Shown: positions 1 through 10,236, numbered from the stretch's first letter. The stretch: 64,000 nt of DNA from Candidatus Aenigmatarchaeota archaeon (GCA_038998335.1 JAVZHQ010000002.1:64001-128000); one strand, 5' to 3'. The notes: generated from the letters alone by a model not told the origin. Numbers and translations are program-made.

Positions 1-315
1 AAGAGGAGAGCCTGACCTTAAAGCTTCAATAACATCTCTTAAGAAGAACGGAAACTTTTCTTCCATTTCTTTTATTTCTCTAGTTTTCATATACCTAAAG
101 AAAAACAAAGGACCTGCTATTGCAAAAGCTGAAAGAATTATCGAATTTCCCAAAACTGCTCTATCATTACTGACTATTCCTACTATCAAGAAAAAACCAG
201 AGGCTGCTAAAGAAGCTAATAAAACTTTTGTGTTTGTTGTAAGTTCAAACTTTTCAACATAAACCTTAGCTTTTTTTTCTTTTGTTTTAGCTTTTTTTTC
301 TTCTTTAACCTTCAT
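1..315 (-). CDS. Type II secretion system F / TadC-like pilus platform protein, N-terminal part (truncated by window edge)
   Basis: Manual translation from ATG at 315: two TM segments then 'EMEEKFPFFLRDVIEALRSGSPL', typical of T2SSF domains; follows another T2SSF gene. Confidence 0.8.
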   Translation of the reverse strand, partial: MKVKEEKKAKTKEKKAKVYVEKFELTTNTKVLLASLAASGFFLIVGIVSNDRAVLGNSIILSAFAIAGPLFFFRYMKTREIKEMEEKFPFFLRDVIEALRSGSPL

Positions 316-1184
316 TATTCTCCGCCTGGACTTATGCTTTTAACGAAAATTATGAAAGCTACAGAAACAATTGGTAAGAAAATAAATATTATCACAAACT
401 GAAGGAAAATTATGTTACTTCCTATCCCTGCCAAACCACTAAAAATTGCTGAAAGAATTGTGAAGAAAACTGCACCAAGAATTATTGCTGTTATGTAAAT
501 CTCTATAAACATGGTTAACTGATGGGAAAACTCATAAAGCTTTCTTCTGTATTCTGTCATAAAAGTTCTTGCTTTTTCTCTTAAGAACAGGTTAATGTCA
601 CCTCCTGTTCTGTTCATGGATAATAAACCCCAGAAAAGTTCTCTGAGATTTTTTGAAGGAGCTCTTTCTACTCCTCTTTCTAGTGCTGTATTTATATCCA
701 TACCAAAAGTTTCTGTATCGTTAACTATTGAGTTTATTTCTTCCGTAAAATAACCATACTCGCTGTAAGTAGAGAATATTTTAAAAACTTTATGTAAAGG
801 TACTTTTGAGCCTGCGATTGTTGATAAATAAACAGAAGCGAAGGGTAAAATCTTATCTATTTCTTTTGCTCTTTCTCTTATCACAAGTTTTGGGTAGCTC
901 ATCATGGAATAAAAGAATGTCAAGGAAAAAAACACAGAAATAGTAAAAGAAAAAATAAAGCTAAACAAAGGGTTTTGAGAAAGTATGACAAAAATAAGGC
1001 AAAGCATGGGAAATTCTGCACAAAAAACTATTAAGCTTGTTAAAATTGCAACGCTTATGTATTCTTGAAGGGAATACCCCATTCTTGCTCTTTTTAAGTC
1101 TATTTTTACTTCTGTATAATAGGGAAGAAGCTTTTCTCCCCACTCACCAAAGTATTTCATAGCCAAGCTTGTGTAAAAACCCAC
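315..1184 (-). CDS. Type II secretion system F / TadC-like type IV pilus membrane platform protein
   Basis: 289 aa with TM segments and T2SSF-like 'EIDKILPFASVYLSTIAGS...GMDINTALE'; downstream of the pilus ATPase. Confidence 0.85.
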   Translation of the reverse strand: MGFYTSLAMKYFGEWGEKLLPYYTEVKIDLKRARMGYSLQEYISVAILTSLIVFCAEFPMLCLIFVILSQNPLFSFIFSFTISVFFSLTFFYSMMSYPKLVIRERAKEIDKILPFASVYLSTIAGSKVPLHKVFKIFSTYSEYGYFTEEINSIVNDTETFGMDINTALERGVERAPSKNLRELFWGLLSMNRTGGDINLFLREKARTFMTEYRRKLYEFSHQLTMFIEIYITAIILGAVFFTILSAIFSGLAGIGSNIIFLQFVIIFIFLPIVSVAFIIFVKSISPGGE

Positions 1185-2977
1185 TATTTTCCACCCATTA
1201 TAGAAGCTAAAACTTTTTCTGGAGAAGTGTAGTACATGTTAAAAACATTATAAACATCTTTATATCGAGTTATATTCTTTTCCATCATCCAGTTTAAAAC
1301 AACCATTCTTCTTTCTAGTTCTTCCTTTACTTGTTGCTCAGTTAGTCCCATAAATTCAGCAATTTTCTTCAGAGTCATGCTTTTGTTAACAACAACAATT
1401 TTATCTCTACTGGCATCCCACTTGAAAACTTCATTAACTATAGGCTCTTTTGTTTCAGGGTCTATTCCGATTATCTCTACAATCTGATTAACTTTCCTGA
1501 CATGTTTTTCTCTATACCTTACTCTTAATAGGAAAACGACTAAATCTAAACTTCCTATCAAGCTAGCAGGTAGAGAAATTGGAGGAGTTGTCAACCTATC
1601 TATAAGCTTATTAATATTTTCTGCATGGATAGTTGCTAAAGAAGGATGTCCAGTTGCCATTTCTTGGAAAAGAACATAAGCTTCTCTTCCTCTTACTTCG
1701 CCAACAACTATGAAATCGGGTCTTTGTCTTAAGCTCTCTTTTAACAAATCGAACAAATCTATCTCTCCTCTTAACTTTCTATCTTCAGTTCCTATAGCAG
1801 TTCTCGCAACGTAAGGAACCCAGTGCGGATGAGGAAGTTTAAGCTCAGGAGTATCCTCTATTGAAACTATTCTTTTTTCTGGTCTAATGAAAAGCGAAAG
1901 CACGTTAAGTAAAGTTGTTTTTCCTGAGGCAGTTCCACCAGCAACTAGAATACTTCTTCCAAAGTCAACAGCAAGCCAAAGAAAAGCTAAGGATGGGATA
2001 TCAATAGTATTATACTTAAGAAGATGGATTGGTGTTAAAGGTTCTATCGTAAACTTTCTTATGGTAAAGTTTGAGCCTCTTCTTGCTATATCCGTAGCCA
2101 AAGCTGCCTGAACTCTACTTCCGTCAGGAAGTGAGCCACCAACGAGTGGAGTAGCTACTGATATAGATTTTCCACAAAGCTGAGCAAGTCGATGAATAAA
2201 GGAATCTAGCTCGTCAGGGTCTTCAAAAACAATATTAGTTACTATCGAACCTAGCTTGGGGTTTCTGTGAAAAACAAATATAGGAATTCCTACCCCATCA
2301 CAACTTATATCTTCTATGTTTTCATCTTCCATCAAGGGCTCGATTCTTCCTAAACCTATAAAGTCTCTTTCTATGTAATACCTGATGATAAGTTTTTCTT
2401 TTTCGCTTACTTCTATTTTATAATAACTTAGCAAATCGTCTATAGTTTTATAAAGATAATTCTTCATTTCAAATTTTTTCAACTTTCCAAACTCTATATC
2501 AAGCTTTTCTTGGATTAGCTCTTTAAGCTTTTTAATTGTTTCTTTCAATCTATCGGTTAGCTCAGGTTCGATGACTTGATAAATGTATTTGTTTAAAGAA
2601 GAGTCCCAAAAAATTTTTGCATAGGCAAAAACAAGTTCGTCCTTTTGAGGCTTTCTTGGTATTAAAGGATAAGCTAAAGTGATTTTTCTCCTTTCTTCTT
2701 CTGTTAAAGGAATTTCCCCTATTTCAATCTTTTCTGGTATAAACTCTGGGATTTCTATTCCGTCTAAAAGTTTTGGTTTTTCCACAGGTTTTTTCTCTTC
2801 CTTTTCTTCAACTTTCTCTTCCTTTTCTTCAACTTTCTCTATCTTTATTGGAATTGTGATTGGAGCTAAGCCTTGCAAACCTAGTTGAGAGGGCAAAACC
2901 TGAATTCCTTGTTTACTCATGTATTTTTTATAACCTTCTCTTGCCCTTCTTAAAAAGTTTCTTAAAAGCTCGACCAT
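1184..2977 (-). CDS. Type IV pilus assembly ATPase (VirB11/ArlI/TadA family)
   Basis: Walker A GGTASGKT, 'IEDTPEL', 'LRQRPDFIVVGEVRG', 'TGHPSLATIHA'. Confidence 0.95.
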   Translation of the reverse strand: MVELLRNFLRRAREGYKKYMSKQGIQVLPSQLGLQGLAPITIPIKIEKVEEKEEKVEEKEEKKPVEKPKLLDGIEIPEFIPEKIEIGEIPLTEEERRKITLAYPLIPRKPQKDELVFAYAKIFWDSSLNKYIYQVIEPELTDRLKETIKKLKELIQEKLDIEFGKLKKFEMKNYLYKTIDDLLSYYKIEVSEKEKLIIRYYIERDFIGLGRIEPLMEDENIEDISCDGVGIPIFVFHRNPKLGSIVTNIVFEDPDELDSFIHRLAQLCGKSISVATPLVGGSLPDGSRVQAALATDIARRGSNFTIRKFTIEPLTPIHLLKYNTIDIPSLAFLWLAVDFGRSILVAGGTASGKTTLLNVLSLFIRPEKRIVSIEDTPELKLPHPHWVPYVARTAIGTEDRKLRGEIDLFDLLKESLRQRPDFIVVGEVRGREAYVLFQEMATGHPSLATIHAENINKLIDRLTTPPISLPASLIGSLDLVVFLLRVRYREKHVRKVNQIVEIIGIDPETKEPIVNEVFKWDASRDKIVVVNKSMTLKKIAEFMGLTEQQVKEELERRMVVLNWMMEKNITRYKDVYNVFNMYYTSPEKVLASIMGGK

Positions 2978-2978
2978 A

Positions 2979-3389
2979 TTATTCTACCATTAATTTATTT
3001 TCTATTTTGCTAAATGTTAAAGTTAATGGTTTTGTTGATATAGCACTACCTTCTGAATCAATAGAAGAGTTCAAGTTATGTAAGGAAAAAAGGTACCTTC
3101 TTCCGTCTACTAAAATTATCTCCCAAACTCTGCCTGCTTTAATTATAAACTCATAGCTTGTCTTTGAGCTAGTTACTATTCTAGAATAATCACATTCCTT
3201 ACAGGAATTTTTCAAAGTTATGGCTACAGAAGAAATGTAATCGCTTGTTAACTTTGCGTTTCTATAAGCTAATTCGCTAGTAAAATAATCTGATTGTGCT
3301 CTGAAAAGACTGCCTATGCCTAGAAATACTATAAAACCTACGACAAAAAATATAACAAACTGAAGTATGTAAGTCTGGGCTTTTTTCAT
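2979..3389 (-). CDS. Putative type IV pilin-like protein
   Basis: Class III signal peptide-like start MKKAQ followed by a hydrophobic helix; pilus operon context. Confidence 0.7.
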   Translation of the reverse strand: MKKAQTYILQFVIFFVVGFIVFLGIGSLFRAQSDYFTSELAYRNAKLTSDYISSVAITLKNSCKECDYSRIVTSSKTSYEFIIKAGRVWEIILVDGRRYLFSLHNLNSSIDSEGSAISTKPLTLTFSKIENKLMVE

Positions 3390-3391
3390 TT

Positions 3392-4024
3392 CTACCCAAA
3401 AAGTATTTGGACTTCTGTGATAATCAATTTATTGGTTTGATCAAGCTTTGGCTCGCCTAACCTTGAGATTCTTATGGCATTACCAGTAGAAGTAGTAGAA
3501 GAAGGGTCCCTTGGTAGAAGTCTTATTTGATGAATTTTCCCGTCTTCTGTAAGGTTTCTAAACCATATTCTGTAGGTAATAGTAAAACCGTCTCCTGAGC
3601 TATCAGCCTTAGCTAGAACAACACTTGCATCGTCTAAACCCAAGTACCCTGGAGAAATAGTGCTTGAAGTCTTAAAAGGTATCCAGCCTATGTCAGGAGC
3701 TATGTTTGTTTCTTTGCTCCAGAAAGCAAATTCGATGGAATTGTTTTGAGGCCCAGAATAATCGTAAGGATAAAGTCTCCATGAACCACTAACCTCAGAA
3801 TTGAAAGTTTCTTCCCCACCATTTCTTGCTATATTTTCAATTTTTTTAACTAAGGAATTTGAATTTTCTCTATCGAAATAGCTAGCAACTTTTTCCACAT
3901 TTGCAACTCCTTGCTGTTTTTGGATGATTGGCATTCCCCATAAGTAAGCTGAGGTTGTTAGAGCTGCTGCTAAAAGAATGATAATGACAGCAGTAACCAC
4001 ATCTGTTTGGGCTTTTAATCCCAT
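3392..4024 (-). CDS. Putative type IV pilin-like protein
   Basis: MGLKAQ followed by a hydrophobic helix ending YLWGMP; pilus operon context. Confidence 0.75.
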   Translation of the reverse strand: MGLKAQTDVVTAVIIILLAAALTTSAYLWGMPIIQKQQGVANVEKVASYFDRENSNSLVKKIENIARNGGEETFNSEVSGSWRLYPYDYSGPQNNSIEFAFWSKETNIAPDIGWIPFKTSSTISPGYLGLDDASVVLAKADSSGDGFTITYRIWFRNLTEDGKIHQIRLLPRDPSSTTSTGNAIRISRLGEPKLDQTNKLIITEVQILFG

Positions 4025-4027
4025 AAT

Positions 4028-4492
4028 TTACACTTTTACAGGCTTAGTGTATAAAGCTGGTCTAGTTATTACCGGTCTCTTAAGCTTTTCGCTTATTTCA
4101 CTTAGAACATTTAATACTGACTGATTATTTTCTATAATTTTTTGGTTTTGCTCTATGAGTTTTTCTATTTTTTCAGTTAAAGGCTTAAAGGAAGGTTGAG
4201 TTTCTTCTGGAGCAGAAGCTTTTATGTAATTCAAAAGCTCGTTTAAATTCTCTATTAGTTCGTCCATTCTTGCTGGTAGTTTAGAAATTTCTATTCTTAG
4301 AGCATCATTAGCCTTTGCAAGCTCATCTACTAGCTGCTGATTTATTCTAACTATTTCTATTATCTCTTTAAGCATTCCTTTACTGTCAGTAACTCCTATC
4401 GAGCTTTCTAATTGCTCGATTCTTCTTTCTAGCCTTCTTAAGGGAGATAAAGGAACTATTTCAACTTCTTCTGTAGCCTCATCGCTAACCAT
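4028..4492 (-). CDS. Coiled-coil hypothetical protein
   Basis: 154 aa heptad-rich ORF with GGTGA RBS, first gene of the pilus cluster. Confidence 0.7.
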   Translation of the reverse strand: MVSDEATEEVEIVPLSPLRRLERRIEQLESSIGVTDSKGMLKEIIEIVRINQQLVDELAKANDALRIEISKLPARMDELIENLNELLNYIKASAPEETQPSFKPLTEKIEKLIEQNQKIIENNQSVLNVLSEISEKLKRPVITRPALYTKPVKV

Positions 4493-4545
4493 TAATTCAC
4501 CTAACTAAATATTTCTTTTAGAAATTAATAAAAGTTATCTTAAGC

Positions 4546-6195
4546 TTATACTTCTTCTTCACTGGGCGTTGGTGTTGAAGGTGCAGCTTTCTCAAGCTTG
4601 CTTGCTGCTATAACATCATCTATTCTCAATATCATCTCTGCAGCTTCTGCAGCTGATTTTATAGCTTGTAGCTTTACTTTTAATGGTTCTATAACTTCCA
4701 TCTCTTCCGCATCCCTTACCTTTCCGTTGAAAATATCTAGGCCATAATAAGTTTTTCCTTGCTCGTGAGCTGCTCTTAGCTCGACAAGCATGTCTATCGG
4801 ATCCAAACCTGCATTTTCTGCTAAGCTTCTTGGTATAACTTCCATAGCATCTGCAAAAGCAAGTATTGCTAATTGCTCTCTACCAGAAAACTTTTCTGCA
4901 AACTTTCTTAACCTTCTTGCAATCTCTGCTTCTGGTGCTCCAGCCCCAGGGATCACTTTCCCTAGCTCAAGAGCAGAGGCTACTGCTCCTACTGCATCTT
5001 CCACACTTCTGTCAACCTCGTCAACAACATGCTCTGTACTTCCCCTTACTAGAATTGTTACTGCTTTTGGATCTTTGCATTCGCGAACAAAGGTCATGGC
5101 TTCTCCTGCAATTTTCTTTTCTTCAACAATCTTTGCAAAACCTAAATCTTCTGGAGTCAAGTCATCTAAGTTAGTGACAATTCTTCCTCCTGTAGCTTTT
5201 GCTAGAGCTTCCATGTCTGAGCGTTTAACTCTCCTGCAAGCTAAAATTCCTTCTTTCGCAAGATAATGTTGAGCTAAATCATCTATTCCTTTCTGGCAAA
5301 AAACAACGTTTGCTCCACTTGCAACTATTTTCTTTACCATATCTTTTAGCATTTTCTGCTCTTGCTCTAGAAAAGCTTGCATTTGCTCAGGAGAGGTTAT
5401 CCTAATCTCAGCATCAGTTTCTGTTTCCTTTATTTCTAGAGCACAATCTAGTAAAGCTATCTTAGCATTTTTAACTACTTTTGGCATTCCTGGATGAACT
5501 ACTTCTTTATCTATAACAATTCCTTTTATAAGTTCTGTATCTTCTGAAGAGCCTCCATGCTTCTTTTCTCTTTTTATATTTTCCCTGTTAACAACAATCT
5601 TTCCGTTTTGCACTTCTGCTACTGTTCTTACTGCTTCAACAACAAGCTCAGCTATTTTTGGTGAAGCTTTTTCCATCGATTTCCCAGACATTGCTGTGAT
5701 TGCAATTTTTTTCAAAATTTCTTTATCTTCGAGGGAAACGGGTTTTGCTATTTCTTCAAGAATCCTTAAGGCTTCGTCTTTAGCGATTCTAAAACCCTTT
5801 GTTATAACTGTTGGATGAATTTCTTGGTCTAAAAGCTCTTCTGCTTTTTTTAGAAGTTCGCCAGCAAGAACTACTGAAGTTGTTGTACCGTCGCCTACCT
5901 CTTCATTTTGCGTTTTTGCAACTTCTACCATCATCTTTGCTGAAGGATGCTCTATTTCCATTTCTTCAAGTATAGTTACTCCATCGTTTGTTATTACTAT
6001 ATCTCCAACAGAATCCACTAGCATCTTGTCCATTCCTTTTGGGCCTAATGTAGTTCTTACAGCATCTGCAACTGCCTTAGCTGCAGCTATATTATTTCTT
6101 TGAGCATCTCTTCCAACAGTCCTTAAAGTGCCTTCAGGCAATATCAAGACTGGTTGCCCACCCAACTGACCAATTAAAGCTTTTCCGTTAGTCAT
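4546..6195 (-). CDS. ths: Thermosome subunit (group II chaperonin)
   Basis: [36 protein letters not shown] motifs. Confidence 0.98.
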   Translation of the reverse strand: MTNGKALIGQLGGQPVLILPEGTLRTVGRDAQRNNIAAAKAVADAVRTTLGPKGMDKMLVDSVGDIVITNDGVTILEEMEIEHPSAKMMVEVAKTQNEEVGDGTTTSVVLAGELLKKAEELLDQEIHPTVITKGFRIAKDEALRILEEIAKPVSLEDKEILKKIAITAMSGKSMEKASPKIAELVVEAVRTVAEVQNGKIVVNRENIKREKKHGGSSEDTELIKGIVIDKEVVHPGMPKVVKNAKIALLDCALEIKETETDAEIRITSPEQMQAFLEQEQKMLKDMVKKIVASGANVVFCQKGIDDLAQHYLAKEGILACRRVKRSDMEALAKATGGRIVTNLDDLTPEDLGFAKIVEEKKIAGEAMTFVRECKDPKAVTILVRGSTEHVVDEVDRSVEDAVGAVASALELGKVIPGAGAPEAEIARRLRKFAEKFSGREQLAILAFADAMEVIPRSLAENAGLDPIDMLVELRAAHEQGKTYYGLDIFNGKVRDAEEMEVIEPLKVKLQAIKSAAEAAEMILRIDDVIAASKLEKAAPSTPTPSEEEV

Positions 6196-6223
6196 ATCAT
6201 CCCTCCTATTGAATCAGAAATCT

Positions 6224-6247
6224 TAAATGTGTATGTGGGTATACAAG
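6224..6247. promoter_or_regulatory. Palindromic operator-like motif, copy 1 (TGTAT-N6-ATACA)
   Basis: TAAATGTGTATGTGGGTATACAAG, 21/24 identical to 7200-7223; lies between a minus-strand TTAAATA box and the thermosome start. Confidence 0.55.
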
Positions 6248-6257
6248 TATTTAAGCT

Positions 6258-7169
6258 TTACTCTACCTTTTCTTCCATTAATTTTTCTAATTCTTTTACA
6301 CTCTCTATTTCAGGAATTTCTGATTCTAAGATTATTGGCACTTCTTCCACAGATTTTTTTTCACATTTTTTCGCAACAAAAGCACATCTTGAAGAAAAAA
6401 GAAAAGACATTCTTTTAATAGAGATAGCATCTTTCTCTATTTTTTTTGTATTTTTAGAAAGGCTTACTATCATTGAAAATTTTTCTCTTCCAACAATCTC
6501 AAAAGGAGCAGAATAAGTTGGGCTGTTAGTTAAACCTATTCTTGAAAACTCTTTAGAAACTTTTTCTTGAAATTCATTTTTTGGCTTAAGATAGGCTGGT
6601 TCGCAAGCTTTAAGCTTGAAAGGAGATTTTAAATCAACTTTAAGAACTCTTTCCAAACTTCTTACAGTCTCTAAGGAAGGGTTAACTTTTTTGTTCTCTA
6701 TTTCATATAAAGCCTTTTTTGTTACTCCAACTAACTTTGAAAGTTCTTCAAGAGTAAAACCTAATTCTTTCCTTCTGCTTTTCAAAATTTCAGCATCTAT
6801 CGGAACTACGTGCTTTCCTTTTGTAGCTTCTATTTCTGGAACTTCTTCTTCTAGAAATTTTTCAAAAAAATAAGGGGTAATGACCGGTAAGTTAAACCTT
6901 GAATAGATTATTTCTTTTTTCAAGAATTCTCTGTTTGTTTTTAATGAAATTACTAAAGGGTAAGCAGAGAGAAAGTATGAAATTGTTTTTAAGCTTAAGG
7001 CTTGCTCTTTTGTTAGACCATCTATATTGATTAAAGCTTTTATTAGAAGTAAAAACTCTTTTTTTGCTGCTATGTCAAAAGCTCCCTCACTAACCAAAAC
7101 TTGAAATCTACGAGAAAGCAAAGAATTAACTATTTTTTCAATCAAAAAAGATTTATTAAACATTTGCAT
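6258..7169 (-). CDS. Archaeal HTH transcriptional regulator (COG1395-like, central XRE HTH)
   Basis: N-terminal 'FDIAAKK...LLIKALINID' and central Cro/XRE HTH 'RRKELGFTLEELSKLVGVTKKALYEIEN'. Confidence 0.85.
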   Translation of the reverse strand: MQMFNKSFLIEKIVNSLLSRRFQVLVSEGAFDIAAKKEFLLLIKALINIDGLTKEQALSLKTISYFLSAYPLVISLKTNREFLKKEIIYSRFNLPVITPYFFEKFLEEEVPEIEATKGKHVVPIDAEILKSRRKELGFTLEELSKLVGVTKKALYEIENKKVNPSLETVRSLERVLKVDLKSPFKLKACEPAYLKPKNEFQEKVSKEFSRIGLTNSPTYSAPFEIVGREKFSMIVSLSKNTKKIEKDAISIKRMSFLFSSRCAFVAKKCEKKSVEEVPIILESEIPEIESVKELEKLMEEKVE

Positions 7170-7199
7170 CCAAATAATTATTGATAAAGAAAAGGTTAA

Positions 7200-7223
7200 T
7201 AAATGTGCATGTAAGTATACAAG
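7200..7223. promoter_or_regulatory. Palindromic operator-like motif, copy 2 (TGCAT-N6-ATACA)
   Basis: TAAATGTGCATGTAAGTATACAAG in the divergent gap between the HTH regulator and tRNA-Ile. Confidence 0.55.
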
Positions 7224-7316
7224 GGCCTATAGCTCAGCCTGGTTAGAGCAATCGCCTTATATGGCTCGCTTTCGTGAGAAAGCGATAGGTCGAGGGTTCA
7301 AATCCCTCTAGGCCCA
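7223..7316 (+). tRNA. tRNA-Ile(UAU) with 19-nt intron at 37/38 (7262-7280)
   Basis: Cloverleaf: acceptor GGGCCTA/TAGGCCC, anticodon stem ATCGC/GCGAT, loop CT-TAT-A|A, T-arm GAGGG-TTCAAAT-CCCTC; central helix CTTA/TGAG and 3-nt bulge AA|A. Confidence 0.88.
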
Positions 7317-7356
7317 TAAATTAACCTATAAATCTCTTTTCCTTAGTAATTTAATT

Positions 7357-7608
7357 ATGGTAAAAATAAAAATGAATTGGTCTGGAGTTTTATATGGTGG
7401 TTTCGGATGTGAACTTGCTTTGTGCGGTGCGATTGCTGCTTCTTCGTCAAATGACATCTTATGTAAAATAGCTGGCATTACTCTTGTTGTTTCAGGTTCC
7501 ATGATTGCGTATGCTGGTTTTGTTGAAGACACTATGTATGAAAAGTATAAACTACATGAAGCACTTTATAAAGGCTTAAAAAATTTATATAAAAAGTTGA
7601 TAAGATAA
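7357..7608 (+). CDS. Small membrane protein, hypothetical
   Basis: 83 aa, two hydrophobic segments. Confidence 0.55.
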   Translation: MVKIKMNWSGVLYGGFGCELALCGAIAASSSNDILCKIAGITLVVSGSMIAYAGFVEDTMYEKYKLHEALYKGLKNLYKKLIR

Positions 7609-7643
7609 CAGTGTAACTATTTTTACTTCTCTTATATTTTCTT

Positions 7644-8660
7644 TCAGACTACAATGCTCATAAATCCTTCTGCTATTAGAAAGTAAATTGCTAAAGTTAA
7701 TATATCGCTTAGCAAGGTTGCTAAAGGTCCGGTTGCTATTGCCGGGTCTTTCCCAATTTTTTTGAAGAAAAGGGGTAAAAGACTTGAAACCAAAACTCCA
7801 GCAAACATCCCAACAAATAATGCTGTTCCAACTATACAGCTTAATAAAAAATTTCTCCACCCTACTAAAGCGATTAAAGCAAGTGTTAGAGAACAAACAG
7901 AAGAAAGAGCAAGAGTAACTTTAAGCTCTCTTATCATGTAAGACTTAACAGAAAACTTTGGGTCTAAAGCTATACTCCTTACTATCAAAGTTTCTGATTG
8001 GGTTCCTATGGAATCTGTTATGTAAACCATAACTGGAATGAAAGAAGCCAAAGCAAGGAAAACGCTTAAAACACTCTCAAAAAAAGTTACTATTGAAGCT
8101 GCTATAATTCCGCCAAAAATTCCTACTAAAAGCCATGGAAGCCTTGATTTAACCATGTGCTTAGCAGGAGATTTTATTGTTGTATATTCCTTCCCTACTT
8201 TGTGAAACAAACCGCCAAACTTAAAAATATCTTCTCTTACTTCCTGATTAAAAATTGTTAGAATTGTATCATAAGGAACTACTCCAAGCAAATGATTTTT
8301 CTCGTCTACTACAGGAACTGCTTTTATTCCTTTTGAAAGAGCAAGATAAACTATCCTTTCCTGATGAGTTCTTGGATGAACAAAAACCAAATCTTTTTTC
8401 ATGATGTCTTTAGCTTTCAGTCTTTTATTTTTAGCTTTCATAAGTTCTTTAATGGAAAAAACTCCACAGAGGACTTTTTCTTTATCTACAACGTATATAT
8501 AATCCAAAACCTCAAATTTTTCTGCATCCTTAGTTAAAATTTTCTTAACCTCTTCTAAAGAAGAATCAACGCTAACTATAGGAACTTCTTTTATCATTAA
8601 AGATTCTGCAGTTTTTAAACTTTTTTGCTCCATTAAACTCTTCAAAAATAATTTCTTCAA
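7644..8660 (-). CDS. mgtE: Magnesium transporter MgtE (CBS pair plus membrane domain)
   Basis: CBS domains, 'RLPWLL', 'GTQSETLIVRSIA', 'DPAIATGPLATLLSDI'. Confidence 0.92.
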   Translation of the reverse strand: MKKLFLKSLMEQKSLKTAESLMIKEVPIVSVDSSLEEVKKILTKDAEKFEVLDYIYVVDKEKVLCGVFSIKELMKAKNKRLKAKDIMKKDLVFVHPRTHQERIVYLALSKGIKAVPVVDEKNHLLGVVPYDTILTIFNQEVREDIFKFGGLFHKVGKEYTTIKSPAKHMVKSRLPWLLVGIFGGIIAASIVTFFESVLSVFLALASFIPVMVYITDSIGTQSETLIVRSIALDPKFSVKSYMIRELKVTLALSSVCSLTLALIALVGWRNFLLSCIVGTALFVGMFAGVLVSSLLPLFFKKIGKDPAIATGPLATLLSDILTLAIYFLIAEGFMSIVV

Positions 8661-8713
8661 TCTTACTTAAAAACTTGCTTAAATTAATAAAAGCAAAAGA
8701 ATAAAAAGAGAGT

Positions 8714-9088
8714 ATGGAAATAAAAGAAGCTTTTGGAAAAGTTGTTAACCTTTCTCACAAGAGTTTGGAAAAAGCGCTTGAGGTTTTAGAGTTAACCAAA
8801 GATAAACTTGAGAAAAACATAAAAAATAAGAAATTCCTAATTCCTCATAAAAACTTTGACTTAATAATCGATTACAAACCAAACTCAAAACAAATCGTTC
8901 TTTATTTAACTCCAAAAAAATGGAGTAAAAAGTTGTTAAAAAGCTTAAAAGAAGGGAACGAATTTAAGTCTATGGTTGTTCTTTTAGGAAATACAAAAAT
9001 TCTTAAAAGTGATTTTGACATAAGAATAGGTGCTTTTGGTATTCCTAGCTCTGAACTCGTAAGAGCAGTGATTCAGCATAAATCATAA
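8714..9088 (+). CDS. Hypothetical protein
   Basis: 124 aa ORF with host-like codon usage. Confidence 0.6.
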   Translation: MEIKEAFGKVVNLSHKSLEKALEVLELTKDKLEKNIKNKKFLIPHKNFDLIIDYKPNSKQIVLYLTPKKWSKKLLKSLKEGNEFKSMVVLLGNTKILKSDFDIRIGAFGIPSSELVRAVIQHKS

Positions 9089-9595
9089 AGATTTTTCTAT
9101 TAGCTCTAAAATTGTTTTAGGCAGCAAATCTCTATTTTTCTCTGTAACTTCTATAATTTCACCAAAATCTTTAAATTTCCCAACAAAATTTCTATGCAAT
9201 ACTGCAACTAAAGGTTTTTCTGAAAGAAGAACTTGCGTGAGTTTTTCTCTAAACTTTTGACTGAAAAATTCCATCTTCCCTATTTCGTCTATTGCTATTA
9301 TATCACATTCTTTAAGTGCAAAATCAACTGCTTTTAAAGCGATTCTCTCGAATTCTTCTAAGTTTATCCCATAACTTCCAAGCATCGGACCAATTTTTAT
9401 GTCTTTGCTTGCTAGAATTCCAACTTCATTAGAGTAAATATCTTTGACGCAAAAGCCAACTCTTCTTCCCCCTTCCCTTATTTCAGGAGTAATGAAACCA
9501 CCAACTCTTCTTCCTTTTTCTTTAAGTGCAGATACAACTTTCTCTAAAACAGCTGACTTTCCACTTCCAGATTTTCCTGTTAGAAAAATTTTCAT
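9083..9595 (-). CDS. Nucleoside triphosphatase (THEP1/COG1618 family)
   Basis: 'IFLTGKSGSGKS', 'GGFITPEIREGGRRVGF', 'IDEIGKME'. Confidence 0.93.
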   Translation of the reverse strand: MKIFLTGKSGSGKSAVLEKVVSALKEKGRRVGGFITPEIREGGRRVGFCVKDIYSNEVGILASKDIKIGPMLGSYGINLEEFERIALKAVDFALKECDIIAIDEIGKMEFFSQKFREKLTQVLLSEKPLVAVLHRNFVGKFKDFGEIIEVTEKNRDLLPKTILELIEKSL

Positions 9596-9651
9596 AATTA
9601 TTTTCTAATAGGTTGATTATTTTAAATATTTCACAGAACTAACAATAGGAT

Positions 9652-10236
9652 ATGATTAAAAAAATGTTCTTAGTTATTTTCCTACTAATTTTTTTATTGT
9701 TAGCTTTAAACTATTCTAACACAGGCCTTGCTTTTTATAGTCAAAGTTTTAGTTTAAGCTTATTCTTGGGATTTTTCTTTTCTGTTGTTTTATTGTTTTT
9801 AATTTTCAGAAGAAGGGAAAGAAAAATTCTTGAAAAAACTGGCATAAAGGAGCAAGTTGAAAAAAATGAAATAGTTCAAAAGTATAGCTTAACAAGCTAT
9901 GTTGAAAAATTAAGAAAAAGTATAGACTACGTTAGCAAAATTTACAATAACATGAAGGATAGACTTAATTCACTTGGGTATTTGGAATCCGAAGAGACGA
10001 AACATTTAGAAGAAAAGAGCAAGATTGTTGAAGAAATTCTGGATAGCTTGTACGATGCTTTAGAAAACCTCAAAAAAGGAAAAGAATACAACTCTGTTAG
10101 TAGTGTAGAATATGCTCTAGGTATAGCACAAGATTTAGCTTATTCTGATTTGACCGAAAACCTTCAAGCTCTTGCTACAAAAATGAGGGAAGCTTATACT
10201 TTGAAAAGTATCAAATTAAGAGAGCTTAAAAAATAG
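9652..10236 (+). CDS. Membrane-anchored helical protein, paralog A
   Basis: Two N-terminal TM segments; shares ERKxxEKxGI and LxYSDxxExLxxLxxKMxxxY with the next gene. Confidence 0.7.
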   Translation: MIKKMFLVIFLLIFLLLALNYSNTGLAFYSQSFSLSLFLGFFFSVVLLFLIFRRRERKILEKTGIKEQVEKNEIVQKYSLTSYVEKLRKSIDYVSKIYNNMKDRLNSLGYLESEETKHLEEKSKIVEEILDSLYDALENLKKGKEYNSVSSVEYALGIAQDLAYSDLTENLQALATKMREAYTLKSIKLRELKK

